From: Leucoraja erinacea
Taxonomy: Eukaryota
DNA: 64,000 nucleotides
Direction: 5' to 3'
NCBI RefSeq assembly: GCF_028641065.1
Contig: NC_073407.1
Coordinates: 19,034,001-19,098,000 of the forward strand
How positions within the stretch are numbered: position 1 is the first letter of the stretch; each line of letters starts with the position of its first letter. Positions 1-13,907 of this stretch are shown piece after piece. The translations under genes were made by a program, and so were the position numbers. Below the pieces are notes generated by a model that did no database searches, was not told where the DNA came from, and saw nothing but the letters and a program-made list of their open reading frames with translations.

Positions 1-1539
1 CAGGACAGAGATTGTTATTACTTAGTCCTGTTTGCCTGTAGGTTACAGTGAAATGTTAGCATTTGCACTATCCAGCTTTAATTTAGTCTGACATTTGAGA
101 TTGTTGTAACACTAAATGGTCAGAACTGGGAGTTTGTATAAAGCATTGGACATTAATCTAAAGGCTTGACATTTTTCTGAGCTGGTAGATTTTAATTTCC
201 CTTGATTTTACGATCGGTTGTTTTACAGACTGAGTGCTGTTCCCTTTTACTGTTGTTGATTGAGCTATCTGCCTCCGTAAACCGAGTGCTGATGTAAGAC
301 TTCACACAGATTCTAAACAATGTGCTAATATCTTTATGGAAACTTATTGTTCTTCAAGTTTTTACCAATATACTGATGTTATGATCCAAAATTCACTATG
401 TGAGTGGGTTGATGAAACCTGATTCCACAAATCATTAATAATTGGTGGATTTCTATTTCAACTATTTGACAAAGAACTCTTAAATATTATGAGGGAATTT
501 AGATTTCTTGTTAAAGTAAGACTCAGACGAGTTGTAATTTGTTGCTAGATCTGCTGAATATGTTGATCAGCAAGTTTTACATTATAGGTAGTTCCCTAAC
601 CTTTCTATGAGAGTTCTTTGCTCACTTAACAGTGGTCCCATTTCCCTGTGAATTAAGTTTTTTTTTAATGCAGATGCTAGAAATCTGAAATAAAACCAAA
701 AACTGCTAGAAATACTCAGCAGGTCTGGCAGCATAGAACTGAAACTCTGAAATGTTCTGACAAAGGATCTTGGACCTTAAACTTTAACTCTCTCTCTCTC
801 TTTCCACAGATGTTGCCTGATTTGAGTTTTTCTAGCATTTTCTGCATTTAGTACCATTTCCCCGCTCTTTCCCTGTAGCCGAGAAATGTTATGCATTTTT
901 CAGTTATTTAAACCATTCCTTTTGAAACTTACTATGGAATTTAGTTTCACCAACCCTTTCAGGCAAATAATTTTAGATTAAAAGAATTCAATGCATAAAG
1001 ACACCTCCTCTCAACTCTGAAATAAAAGCAAAAATTCTGCAAATGTTCAGGATGTGAGGAACAACCTATGAAAGGAGAAACAGAAGTGACATTTGCAGGT
1101 GAAGGTTCTCTTTCCACAGGTGCTGCCTGACCTGCAGTGTTTCCAACATTTTCTACTGTTTTACAGATTTCCAGCATCTTTTTATCCAATACCTGAAATA
1201 CAGTGCCAGATTTGATAGAATGTATATCTTTCCCCAATACCTTGTTAAAAGTGCACAAACTGAGATTATTTTGAACACCAAGATTATATAATGTGTATTG
1301 TAACATTTGATTTATTGTATGCATTGAATATTTAAGTAGCGGATGATTGTGACGATTATCAACTCCAGTAAAGCAGTTTATGCTTCATTCCTTTCTGCTG
1401 GTTTACATGGACGCTTCTACCCAGCTCAGTATATCCTCAACAGTCAGCCAAGCAAAGAAATACTTGTTTTTTTTTCTTAATTCTTCATTTTTTTGGTTCC
1501 ATTACATTACCTTTTGCCTTTGCCTTGAATTTTATTTAA

Positions 1540-1683
<144 letters not shown>

Positions 1684-3049
1684 TAGTTTCCTCTATTTTC
1701 AGTCTCTGTCTTCTATTGTGCCATACCTTGTGGGTTGTACAGTTCCGCTTGAAGAACATTTTCAAAAGAATTGAATCTGGATGTTGAGTAGCTCAATGCA
1801 GACCTGATGACAGTGGTATGGGGTTCAGTTTATTTTGAATATTTTTTCCTTAACTGGCCTCCCAGTTCAGTGCATAGGAATGTTAAAAGATATATTCATA
1901 ACGGTAAAGAAAGTGTTGTGTTGCTGAGCAGTGCAATCAATGTAGAAAGATGACTAATGGGCATAAAGTCATGATTTTGATTTGAGCAAATAACTGGGCC
2001 AGTTAATAAAGGCCCAACCGTATGTGACTAGGAATGGAACAAACACTCAGTTTTGTCTTGGGATTTGGAGGAATTCTTGCCTCCTCCAAATGTATTATCC
2101 TTACAGAGGTATTATTCAATATAAGAGATTTGTTTTTTTTATCAATATTGCATAAGGAAGGAACCAAAGGGGGGAGAAACTCATTATTTGACGTTCGTGC
2201 AATACAAAGGCATTGGTTGCTCCCATATTTAAAACATCAGAAATTTCAATAGATTCAGATTCCAAAGGTGAATTGTATCCTTTATCCACCAACGGCACCT
2301 GCAATATAGGCCTTGATGGTAGTGGGGCTGATACTGATTCATAAAATCCTATTCTAAAAGGAATGCATTTTGCTCATTGTGCGGCTAAAACAATTAATTT
2401 AATTAAGTCAGCGAGTTCAAATTATAAAGGATGACCAGATGAAGACACATATGGTGAAGTAAATAGAAGGCATTTGCTGCAGTGAATTCTTCAAAGGTTT
2501 TACTGCAGTGACCTTCATTATTAATCTTTAAAATAATGCTGACTTATTTTGCAGATGGGTATACTAGAGTTAATGATTGATTCCTCTTTTTTTTTTCTTT
2601 TAATTTATTTTTATGGTATAACCTTTCCATGTCCTATGTAGATCCTGACTCGTCATCTTTTGTGTTATTGCATCAGTTTTATTTTAAAGAAACAATTTCC
2701 ATTCCCCTGAGCAGTTGCTTGGTGTCTATTTGAGATTTGTGTTGGTTAATACCAGATTAGAGTTTTAAACTATATATATATGCTTGGATAATGAGCTCAA
2801 TCTGCCCATCCCCTATCATGTTGGAGCATTAAAGTCAGCAGAAGGGTGAAACTGTTATGATCTGGGTGTAATCTAGAACAGGTCATCTGTACGTAACCGG
2901 TGGAGTCGGTAGATTTGGCCAGCCAAGTCTAGGGATTTGGGCATTGCATCATGAATTTCTAATAAGGCTGGCAGTTATTGCTCTATCAACTCCTCGCAGG
3001 AGAAAAACATATTTATTTTTAATCAACTCTGTAGGAATTATAAAGAGCG

Positions 3050-3390
3050 AGGTTGGACTGACTTGGATTGTTTTCTCTGGAATGCCAGAGGTTGAGGGAA
3101 GACCTGATAGAAGTATATCAAATTATGGGACATAAATAGGGTGGACAGTCTGAACCTTCCCAGGGTGGAATTGCAAAGATTAGAGGACAGAACTTAAAGG
3201 AGATATACGGGGCAACTTTTTTTACACAGAGGGAGGTGGATACCTGGAACGTGCTGCCAAGGATAGTGGTGTAGGCATAGTGGTATTGTGTGCAGGCAAA
3301 TAAAATTAGTGTATCTTGGCATCATGTTCTGCGTGGATCTTGTGGGCCAAGGGGTTTTATCTTGTGCTGCAGAAAAGTACTTGTCTCTGT
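3050..3390 (+). mobile_element. Old CR1 3' fragment
   Basis: Degenerate gaggttgagggaagacctgatagaagt and tttttacacagagggaggtg CR1 motifs. Confidence 0.7.
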
Positions 3391-3542
3391 TCTAATTACA
3401 AGGTATAAGGATTTATACGCATTTTCAACCATCATTTCTTCCTCCTGAGATCCTCATCACCACAGGAGGAGGCCTTTAGCCATTTCTTTTCATTTTGAAT
3501 GATATCAAGAAATACCTGGGAGCATCAGGTACTGCCTAATAA

Positions 3543-3935
<393 letters not shown>

Positions 3936-5200
3936 TGAGACCACGGAACATTATACGTACAGTTTGATTTGAAGAATGTTAATGTTATGATCTGTAATCC
4001 ATTCTGTCCTTATTACATTTTTCAAACTCCACACTGTACAGTCTTAGATATGTGTTTGTCCCAGATCAGAAAATGTTTGTCTGAAGTCTTGTGTTCATGT
4101 AAACAATCTCTAAATGGGTTTTTATACCATTCAATATTTTCTTATCTGCTAATATATTCATATTTTGCAACATTCGGCTATATGGCAATTTCTTCATATT
4201 GGATTTTCTAACTGACTAAATGTGGGTTTATTGATTCGGTCTTAAGGGCACTCTACTCCACTCAAGTTGTTTCATTAGGATCACATATTCCTTCAACTAA
4301 AGCAGTGCCATTCTATTACATTTTTTCTCCCACTTGATGATTCATTTTATTTTAACCAAAAGATGGTTTCAATCAATAGCCGCGCGGGGCATGGTTGGAT
4401 CAACAAGATTCGCCGTTTGCTCAATTTTGCCTGCCTAATTTGACTCAGCGGCAGCAGCAGCAGCAGGTCCTGTCCCATCCACTGACCACCAGAGCTCCTC
4501 GTTGCGGCCCCAACGACAACGGAAACCCGACGAGAAAAGGTCTGGTTTCAGGTGCTATGTCACCTATATAAAAATCTGCAGAAACCCGTCCTTGCAGAGA
4601 AGGGAGGCAAGTTGATTTTTCATTTCAACAAGCTGGGTTGAAATCTAACCCATATTGATCGAATCAAACTTGTCTCTCTCGACTGCAAAAGTCCTCCGTA
4701 GAATGAATTTGTGGAATCTGCACGTCTTATTAATGATCAACTGTGCCTCCACACAATCTATTACTAATTGATAACAAATTTGCACCCTTCTCCAAGATAC
4801 AGTAATTGCTATGATATGAGTATGAGCAGAGAAGAAAGTACTTGAATCTTTATCCAAACTATTATATAAGACTTGCAAAAATTGTTCAAAAATGTGGAAA
4901 TAAATAGTAAGGAGGTCATCAGCATTGTTTTTTTCAATCATGGATTTATAAAACAATGCTTCATAAGTGCACTTACTTACCTTTGACTAACTTTATTTTT
5001 GAGTGAGCCACAAAATATTTTGCAATCAATGGGAATAAAATAATAATATGAATTCTGATCTGGGATGGGGAAAAGGCCATAGAAACTCTAACTTCAGTTG
5101 TCTTAATAGCTTACTGGGAAATGCTTGGTTTGGTATTAGGCTAAACTGATCATGAAGGTATTGGATTTGTTTTTGCACTGAACCAGCAAGCCTCTGCTGA

Positions 5201-5417
5201 AGATAGACACAAAAAGCTGGAGTAACTCAGCGGGGCAGGCAGCATCTCTGGAGAGAAGGAATGGGTGACGTTTCGGGTCGAGACCCTTCTTCAGTCTTGC
5301 CCTAAAATGTCACCCATTCCTTCTCTCCAGAGATGAAACCTGTCCCACTAAGTTACTCCAGCTTTTTGTGTTTATCTTCAGTTTAAAACAGCATCTGCAG
5401 TTCCTTCCTACACATAA
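5201..5417. mobile_element. Palindromic Penelope-related short element with intact hammerhead core (-) at 5267-5294
   Basis: Minus strand reads CUGAAGA A GGGU CUCG ACCC GAAA CGUC. Inverted arms are present. TSD-like cctctgctga / cctctcctga at 5191-5200 and 5418-5427. Confidence 0.78.
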
Positions 5418-5578
5418 CCTCTCCTGAGGCAGTTATGTGGATACTGCAATTGACCTTGTGGCCAACTGCTGCATAGGGAAATCATAGTTTATGCTCCTGA
5501 TCATATAGATGCCCCTGGAAAAAAGCACTAGTGCACTTGTTGGGCATCCACTGGACTGACTTTCAGTGATTTGCTTAA

Positions 5579-5923
<345 letters not shown>

Positions 5924-6829
5924 TAAATGTCACCACAAGTAAATGTCTCGCACAAAAAAAAAAAACTGGAGGAACTCGTAGGGCTGAGGGGTGCATGTGC
6001 ATGTATGCGTGTCTGCAGAATTTCAGCTTTTGCAATATCTTGCTGTATCTACCTCATCTAAGTAGCTATTTGTTAGCAGCCATAATAGCAGTCGGACATT
6101 AAAATAATAATCAATTTAGAAACTGCCTCCTTTCTAGAAGGCTACTTTTTTGTTGCTTACTTTTAGTATGAGACTGATATGACTAAGTTCATTAGAAATG
6201 CAAAATTCTATTTAAATGTCTCTGTTGATCTGCTCAATTTATGCTCAACAGCATGACTAATGCAACTGCGGAGAGCCTGGCACAATAATGGTCATGTGCC
6301 TTGGCTTCTGCTGAGGGTGACCACAATGATGTGTGGTCCTTTGATGAGACGATTGTGGAAATATGCAGATTCAACAGTTGCCAAATTTTATATTCTTTTA
6401 TTCTCAATAAGGCCACGCAAGTAAATCATCTTGAAGAAATTACTGACAGCAGAATTACTCATTATATCCACGAGTTCATTACATCTTAGCTTGTTAGTTA
6501 AATGTCATCCTTGTAGTCTTTTACATTTCCTTTTTAAATATGAATCCAGTCACTTTTAAATGATTGTATGGTTCCAGTCGACATGTAACACACCAAACAT
6601 CAGCAATCTCTAATATCTTAGTGAATCCCAAAAGAATTAAAGGCAAACTGAATAGATTGTATAGATGTTATAATCTGAAATGTGCTACCAAAAGAATGGA
6701 TTTGATTCAGTAATAACTTTCATAAGGAATTGGAAAAGAAACTTGGAAGGAGAAAGCATTTTCAACATTAAAAGGGAAGGATGAGGGGTGCTGCAACTAA
6801 TTGTTTAATTGAATGTGTAATTAAAAAGT

Positions 6830-9800
6830 TCAGGTATAAGTTCAGGACGGATTGCATCTTAACAGGTGGGGGACCAGTATTCTGGCAGGCAGGTTTGCCA
6901 CTGCTAGACGGGTGGTTTTAAACGGAATAAGGGGGGTGGGGTGTCAAATGACATAGTTGAGTATGGAGTTAAAGGGAAAGGGTTTCTTAAATGTGTGAGC
7001 GGAGAGACAGAGGGGTGTAAAATGAGGGTAGAAGCAATAGGTAGCAAGGTGAAAAGTAAAAGACAAATCCAGGGCAAAAATCAAAAAGGGCCACTTTTCA
7101 ACATGATTGTATAAGGGGTAAGAGTGTTGTAAAAACAAGCCTGAAGGCTTTGTGTATAGGTGGATGAGTTGAATGTGCAGATGGCTATTAATGACTATGA
7201 TATAGTTGGGATCACGGAGACATGGCTCCAGGGTGACCAAGGCTGGGAGCTGAACATCCAGGGGTATTCAATATTCAGGAAGGATAGACAGAAAGGGAAA
7301 GGAGGTGGGGTAGCGTTGCTGGTTAGAGAGCAGATTAACGCAATAGAAAGGAAGGACATTAGCTTGGAGGATGTGGAATCGCTATGGGTAGATTACAACT
7401 AGTGGGAGTTGTGTACAGGCCACCTGACAGTAGTAGCGGAGTTGGGGATGGCATCAAACAGGAAATTAAAAATGTGTGCAACAAAGGTAAAACAGTTATA
7501 ATGGGTGACTTCAATCTACATATAGATTTGGTGAATCAAATTGGCAAGGGTGCTGAGGAAGAGGTTTTCTTGGAATGTATGCAGGATAGTTTTCTAAACC
7601 AACATGTAGAAGAACCAACGAGAGAGCAGGCTATTCTCGATTGGGTATTGAGTAATGAGGAAGGGTTAGTTAGCAGTCTTGTTGTGCGTGGCCCCTTGGG
7701 CAAGAGTGACCATAATATGGTTGAATTCTTCAATAGGATGGAGAGTGACATTGTTAATTCAGAAACAAGGGTCATGAACTTAAAGAAAGGTAACTTTGAG
7801 GGTATGAGACGTGAATGGGCCAAGATAGACTGGCAATTGATTCTTAATGAGTTGACGGTGGATATGCAATGGAAGGCATTTAAAGACTGCATGGATGAAC
7901 TACAACAATTGTTCATCCCAGTTTGGCAAAAAATAAATCGGGGAAGGTAGTGCATCCGTGGATAACAAGGGAAATCAGGGATAGTATCAAAACAAAAGAT
8001 GAAGCGTACAAATTAGCCAGAAAAAGCAGCCTACCAGAGGACTGGGAGAAATTCAGAGTCCAGCAGAGGAGGACAAAAGGCTTAATTAGGAAAGGGAAAA
8101 TAGATTATGAAAGAAAACTGGCAGGGAACATAAAAACGGACTGCAAAAGCTTTTATAGATATGTGAAGCGAAAAAGATGAGTTAAAACAAATGTAGTCAG
8201 AAACAGGTGAATTGATCATGGGCAACAAGGACATGGCAGACCAATTGAATAACTACTTTGGTTCTGTCTTCACTAAGGAAGACATAAATAATCTGCCGGA
8301 AATAGCAGGGGACCGGGGTCAAATGAGATGGAGGAACTGAGTGAAATCCAGGTTAGCCGGGAAGTGGTGTTAGGTAAATTGAATGGATTAAAGGCCGATA
8401 AATCCCCAGGGCCAGATAGGCTGAATCCCAGAGTACTTAAGGAAGTAGCTCCAGAAATAGTGGATGCATTAGTGATAATTTTTCAAAACTCTTTAGATTC
8501 TGGAGTAGTTCCTGAGGATTGGAGGGTAGCTAGTGTAACCCCACTTTTTAAAAAGGGAGGGAGAGAGAAAACTGGGAATTACAGACCAGTTAGTCTAATG
8601 TCGGTAATGTGGAAACTGCTAGAATCAGTTATTAAAGATGGGATAGCAGCACATTTGGAAAGTGGTGAAATCATTGGACAAAGTCAGCATGGATTTATGA
8701 AAGGTAAATCATGTCTGACGAGTCTTATAGAATTTTTCGAGGATGTAACTAGTAGAGTGGATAAGGGAGAACCAGTGGATGTGTTATATCTGGACTTTCA
8801 GAAGGCTTTCGACAAGGTCCCACATAAGAGATTAGTATACAAACTTAAAGCACACGGTATTGGGGGTTCAGTATTGATGTGGATAGAGAACTGGCTGGCA
8901 GACGGGAAGCAAAGAGTAGAAGTAAACGGGTCCTTTTCACAATGGAAGGCAGTGACTAGTGGGGTACCGCAAGGCTCAGTGCTGGGACCCCAGCTATTTA
9001 CGATATATATTAATGATTTGGACGAGGGAATTGAATGCAACATCTCCAAATTTGCGGATGACACGAAGCTGGGGGGCAGTATTAGCTGTGTGGAGGATGC
9101 TAGGAGGCTGCAAGGTGACTTGGATAGGCTGGGTGAGTGGGCAAATGCATGGCAGATGCAGTATAATGTGGATAAATGTGAGGTTATCCACTTTGGTGGC
9201 AAAAACAGGAAAGTAGACTATTATCTGAATGGTGGCCGATTAGGAAAGGGGGAGATGCAACGAGACCTGGGTGTCATGGTACACCAGTCATTAAAAGTAG
9301 GCATGCAGGTGCAGCAGGCAGTGAAGAAGGCGAATGGTATGTTAGCATTCATAGCAAAAGGATTTGAGTATAGGAGCAGGGAGGTTCTACTGCAGTTGTA
9401 CAGGGTCTTGGTGAGACCACACCTGGAGTATTGCGTACAGTTTTGGTCTCCTAATCTGAGGAAGGACATTCTTGCCATAGAGGGAGTACAGAGAAGGTTC
9501 ACCAGACTGATTCCTGGGATGTCAGGACTTTCATATGAAGAAAGACTGGATAGACTCGGTTTGTACTCGCTAGAATTTAGAAGATTGAGGGGGGATCTTA
9601 TAGAAACTTACAAAATTCTTAAGGGGTTGGACAGGCTAGATGCAGGAAGATTGTTCCCGATGTTGGGGAAGTCCAGAACAAGGGGTCACAGTTTAAGGAT
9701 AAAGGGGAAATCTTTTAGGACCGAGATGAGGAAAACATTTTTCACACAGAGAGTGGTGAAACTCTGGAATTCTCTGCCACAGAAAGTAGTTGAGGCTAAT

Positions 9801-9981
9801 TCATTGGCTATATTTAAGAGGGAGTTAGATGTGGCCCTTGTGGCTAAAGGGATTAGGGGGTATGGAGAGAAGGCAGGTACAGGATACTGAGTTGGATGAT
9901 CAGCCATGATCATATTGAATGGCGGTGCAGGCTCGAAGGGCCGAAGTGGCCTACTCCTGCATCTATTTTCTATATTTCTAT
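6830..9981 (+). mobile_element. 5'-truncated CR1-clade LINE (end of ORF1, frameshifted APE endonuclease, open RT segment, 3' tail) in a FAM102A intron
   Basis: ORF1 end DGLHLNRWGTSILAGRF; APE motifs GITETWL, GDFN and SDH; 520-aa RT ORF 8328-9890 with SGVPQGSVLGP and KFADD; (tttctat)n-type tail. Confidence 0.95.
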
Positions 9982-12003
9982 AATGGTCAAACAGGCATCC
10001 TATATTTCAAAAGTTTGATTATTTCATTCAGAGTGTGTCACGTATATCAATGTGCCAATCAATGGTAACAATCTTACACTGCTTGTCCTTTCCAAATATT
10101 TCACAGATTTTGTGACCCTTCAGTTGATGTTGAACATTTTTCCCCATCCCTAAACCAACACATCAATTGCAAACCTATATGCATGAACACTTAACACCTG
10201 CTTCAAAAACTTGTCAATGTACTCGTACTATCTCTGGCCACCTTACCCAGAATTTCCTGGCACTCAACCACTCATGTTCCCCAATCTTGAGAAAGTTATT
10301 TTACTACTGTTTCCTTTACTCTATCCAGAGATTTTCATTTTCCTTTATGCTAACTTCTTATTCTCAACAGGACCACACTAGTAAATCATCTTGAAAAAAT
10401 TACAACACAAGCAGAATTGTTCATTACTTCAAAGAGTTCATTACATCTCTCTGGGGTTAGAACTAATTGCACATTCTTGTTTTATTTTATATTTTCTTTT
10501 CAATTCAGACAACATTTGAGAAAGATACTCCATACATACCAACGCTACGCAATTGATTTTATTTTCATGCTGTGAAAACACAAGTTTTTCTTTCCAAATC
10601 TTTACTGACAATTCCTGAATAGTCTCTCGAAATTTTATTAATTTCATCCCTAAATGGATTAGATGTTCTGACATACAGGAGATGATTTCCTAGTATATCC
10701 TGACTAAACAGTAGTACAACATTTGCCGCTCTGTAAATCCTTGTCACAATTTTGCTAGAATTTTTAGAAAATGATGATTATTGTCTCTTATCTTACCCCA
10801 CTTCTTTAACATTTGGATTGCAGGCTGCTAAAAATATATAATTTCTTAGTACAGAATGCTAACTTTCAAAGTGAAGGAAACAAATGATCATAAACATCAC
10901 CATGGTGATCACAAGTATCTTCACTGTTTTACTGGTTTTGAAACTAGCCATTTTCTGGTGATGTGGTACTCACGAACATGAATGCAGTTGATTAGAAGTT
11001 CAGGTTTTTGCAACATCTACTGTTGCCATTTTGAATGAACAAATTCTCCAGTAAAAATTAATGAAGACCAATTTGATTCAATCATGATGTTCTTAATTGG
11101 CAAACACATTTTTCCTGACACGACTACAGCAGTGACGGATCTATAAACATTTAGATCTTTAACCATGTTTCAAGTCAGAAGATTGTGTTTAGAAGACAAA
11201 ATCTATAATTTTGCTGCCGAGTATTTCATCTTGAACCTTGTATGCTCAGTTCAAATACCATATATTTAATTTCAGTGAAATCTGGGTGATTTTTATCATA
11301 GTGCACTCTGGTGCAATTTAATTTCACTCCTTTATAATATTCCATTGTTATTGACACAGGGGTGTCCTGTACAAATATGAATAATATGACATGACAAGTG
11401 ATGTTAATTTGTTTAGAAACAAAGGAGGACCAAAATGTTTCCATTTCTTCAGAGATTGCAGTCCATAATCTGGAAAACCAAACTGAATGTACCTGCTGAA
11501 ACACTGCTCGAGTCAAATGGAACTTCAGTGCGGCAGTAATGCAAATAAGGCAACTGACATATTTGTTTGAGGGAGTAAAGACTAAACTATCAGTTTTAAC
11601 CTGTTTGCTACGCAATGGAAAATATATTCTGTGTATTTTTTATTTGATTTTTAAATATTAGCAGAGACCAATTATAGTAAAGGAAATAAAATGGTTGGAA
11701 CTGTATCCATGTTTATGTTTTAAAAAAAAATAAATAAGAACACTTGCCTATTTTCCTAAGTTTGATAAAACAGCAATTGTTTGACCTAGACAAGTTCGAG
11801 ACAAGCTGACCTTTCATCCATGCTTCTTAGCACAATATTTTTAAAGTAAAAAAAACAGCATTCTCAGGATTCTTAGTGCCAGTGATAAAACGTGTGTTAG
11901 AGCCATGGGGCAGAGTATACAGCTGCCTGTCAGAGATATCTAATTAGTTATGTGACCCTGCTTTTTGTTTCTTTTTTCTGATCTACAGTATTTTACATTT
12001 TAT

Positions 12004-12098
12004 GTCTGAAGAAGGTTTTCGGCCCGAAACGTTGCCCGTTTCCTTCGCTCCATAGATGCTGTTGCATCCGCTGAGTTTCTCCAGCATTTCTGTGTACC
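12004..12098 (+). mobile_element. Single-arm copy of the hammerhead-bearing element
   Basis: ctgaagaaggttttcggcccgaaacgtt; TSD ttttacattttat at 11991-12003 and 12099-12111. Confidence 0.75.
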
Positions 12099-12960
12099 TT
12101 TTACATTTTATATATTTGTTCAAACCCTTTTTGAAAATTACCATAATCTTCTTCAATCATGCTTTGATGAATAGCATCATCAAAGCTCCCTGCGTGGAAA
12201 CTTTTTCACTCATTCCTATAAAGCTCCCAATAAAATTTGCAAACATTTTCTAAACATTCTGTAAACGCACTGTGAAGAGCAAGTGATCTAAGCTATTTGA
12301 AATAAAGTTTTTGAAAAAACCTTATACTTTGATTAAAATATTGAATTACAAATTTTTAACGTTCAAGAACTTTTGACTTAAACTTTTTTAACGTTGTGTT
12401 TTTCTTTCTTTCTATTGTTCCCTGGTTCTCTCCTTTTTCAGCAATGAAGTGTGTTTATAATTTTATAGAAAAATGCCTTTTGACAAAGGTTTAATTTAGT
12501 AGATATAGTATTTAATTGAATTAACTTTTAATTCAAGGTTCAGTTGCCGCGTTCAACAGGATCAGGCATATGTCAAAAAGCCCTATTTGAGGGAGAACAG
12601 TATTTTCCTATTTCTCAACAAATTTGATCATACAGCAATTAATGATTTCTTTCCTTGTTATTTTTGAAAAGTTCTACATAAGTGGTTGCTGTGGTTACGT
12701 GAAATTCAGCAATCACTGCAGAGCACTGGAGCAGGTGTGGGCGGGTAGCCGTCGGTCGACATGGACTGGATGGGCCGGAAGGCCTGATTCCATGCTGTAT
12801 CTCTAAACTAAACTAAGATCATAATCCACTGTGGCTTCTGATATGCTAAACTCTAATCTGAAAATGAGAATTATCATCAATAACATTAGCAGTTTTTTTT
12901 AATGGTGCTTTTAAGTTTCTTTTCTGCAACATGTTAATGTTTTCTACAATTCATTTTCAG

Positions 12961-13030
12961 ACAGTAATCTAAGGTTGTTTGTGAGTAGAGATGGAACCAC
13001 AGCACTCAGTGGCATTCAGCTGGGAAACAG
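12961..13030 (+). CDS. FAM102A: FAM102A/EEIG1 coding exon ([24 protein letters not shown])
   Basis: ttttcag acceptor and gtgagt donor. Matches recalled [24 protein letters not shown], and the phase is consistent. Confidence 0.93.
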
Positions 13031-13861
13031 GTGAGTTTTATTTATAGATGTATGATCAGTGAACATAGTTGATAGGCCCTATATAATAACCAAATGATCT
13101 TAAAGCTTAGATATCTAGTCTGCATTTTTTCCCCTAAAATGATCTTTTAGTACTTACCTTAAAAAATAATTTGTCTTCGATTGTATGACTAGCCTTTAGC
13201 TTTGCCTTGAGCCTGTTTCGAAAAAAATATTTTGGAGACACATTATTGATCCTTTAAAACTGCAATTGTTTTAATGTAATATATTATTGCAGGAACAGAA
13301 GTGAAGCTTGAGGACACAGGTGATCCTGTTAGTAAAATAAATCCTCGATATAATGAATCATTGGGGGGGGGATAATGCTGTCTGTTATTGGCAATTATCC
13401 GCTAGAACCGAGTAAAAGGGGTAAATATTAACTAGTTTAACCCAAGGCCAGGTGGGAAGAAACGTGGTGTCAAGGGATGTGGGGGTTAAACGAGCAGGAA
13501 TTCACAGGCCGGGGAGCCACAGAGACTCCGGCCCCACACGCACTGCGGCAGGGATGGGCCCGGTACTCACACTCCCTGCATGCTGCAATGCTCTTCAAGA
13601 GTGTTTTACTGCTCACTCTCTCCCCACTGACACCTATCCACTGCCCAACACCCACACTGCATTATAAATTTGACAAAGGTTTAATTGTTTGTGGGTGCCC
13701 AACACCCACAAACAGCCACCACGGACACAAGCCTCAATCTGCTACACCTGAAATCCATTATAAATTTGCTCATGCTCCATAATAGCTTTTGGTTAATGGA
13801 AATCTATGTTTTTAGTCTGTATTCTGCATTGAGGAATAAGCAAATGTTCCTTTCTTTGCAG

Positions 13862-13907
13862 GGTGTCAGCAGGTATCTTTGAGCCTGTTGTTATCGAGAG
13901 CCGTTGA
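13862..13907 (+). CDS. FAM102A: FAM102A/EEIG1 terminal coding exon (RVSAGIFEPVVIESR-stop)
   Basis: tttctttgcag acceptor and TGA at 13905-13907. Matches the recalled C-terminus RVSSGVYEPVVIESH. Confidence 0.92.

Noticed and set aside
4370-4650. CpG-rich patch in a FAM102A intron as an alternative promoter
   Set aside because: Short and lacking promoter motifs; more likely a small repeat insertion whose family I could not assign.
7536-9913. Minus-strand ORFs of 65-139 aa
   Set aside because: Antisense shadows of the CR1 ORF2.
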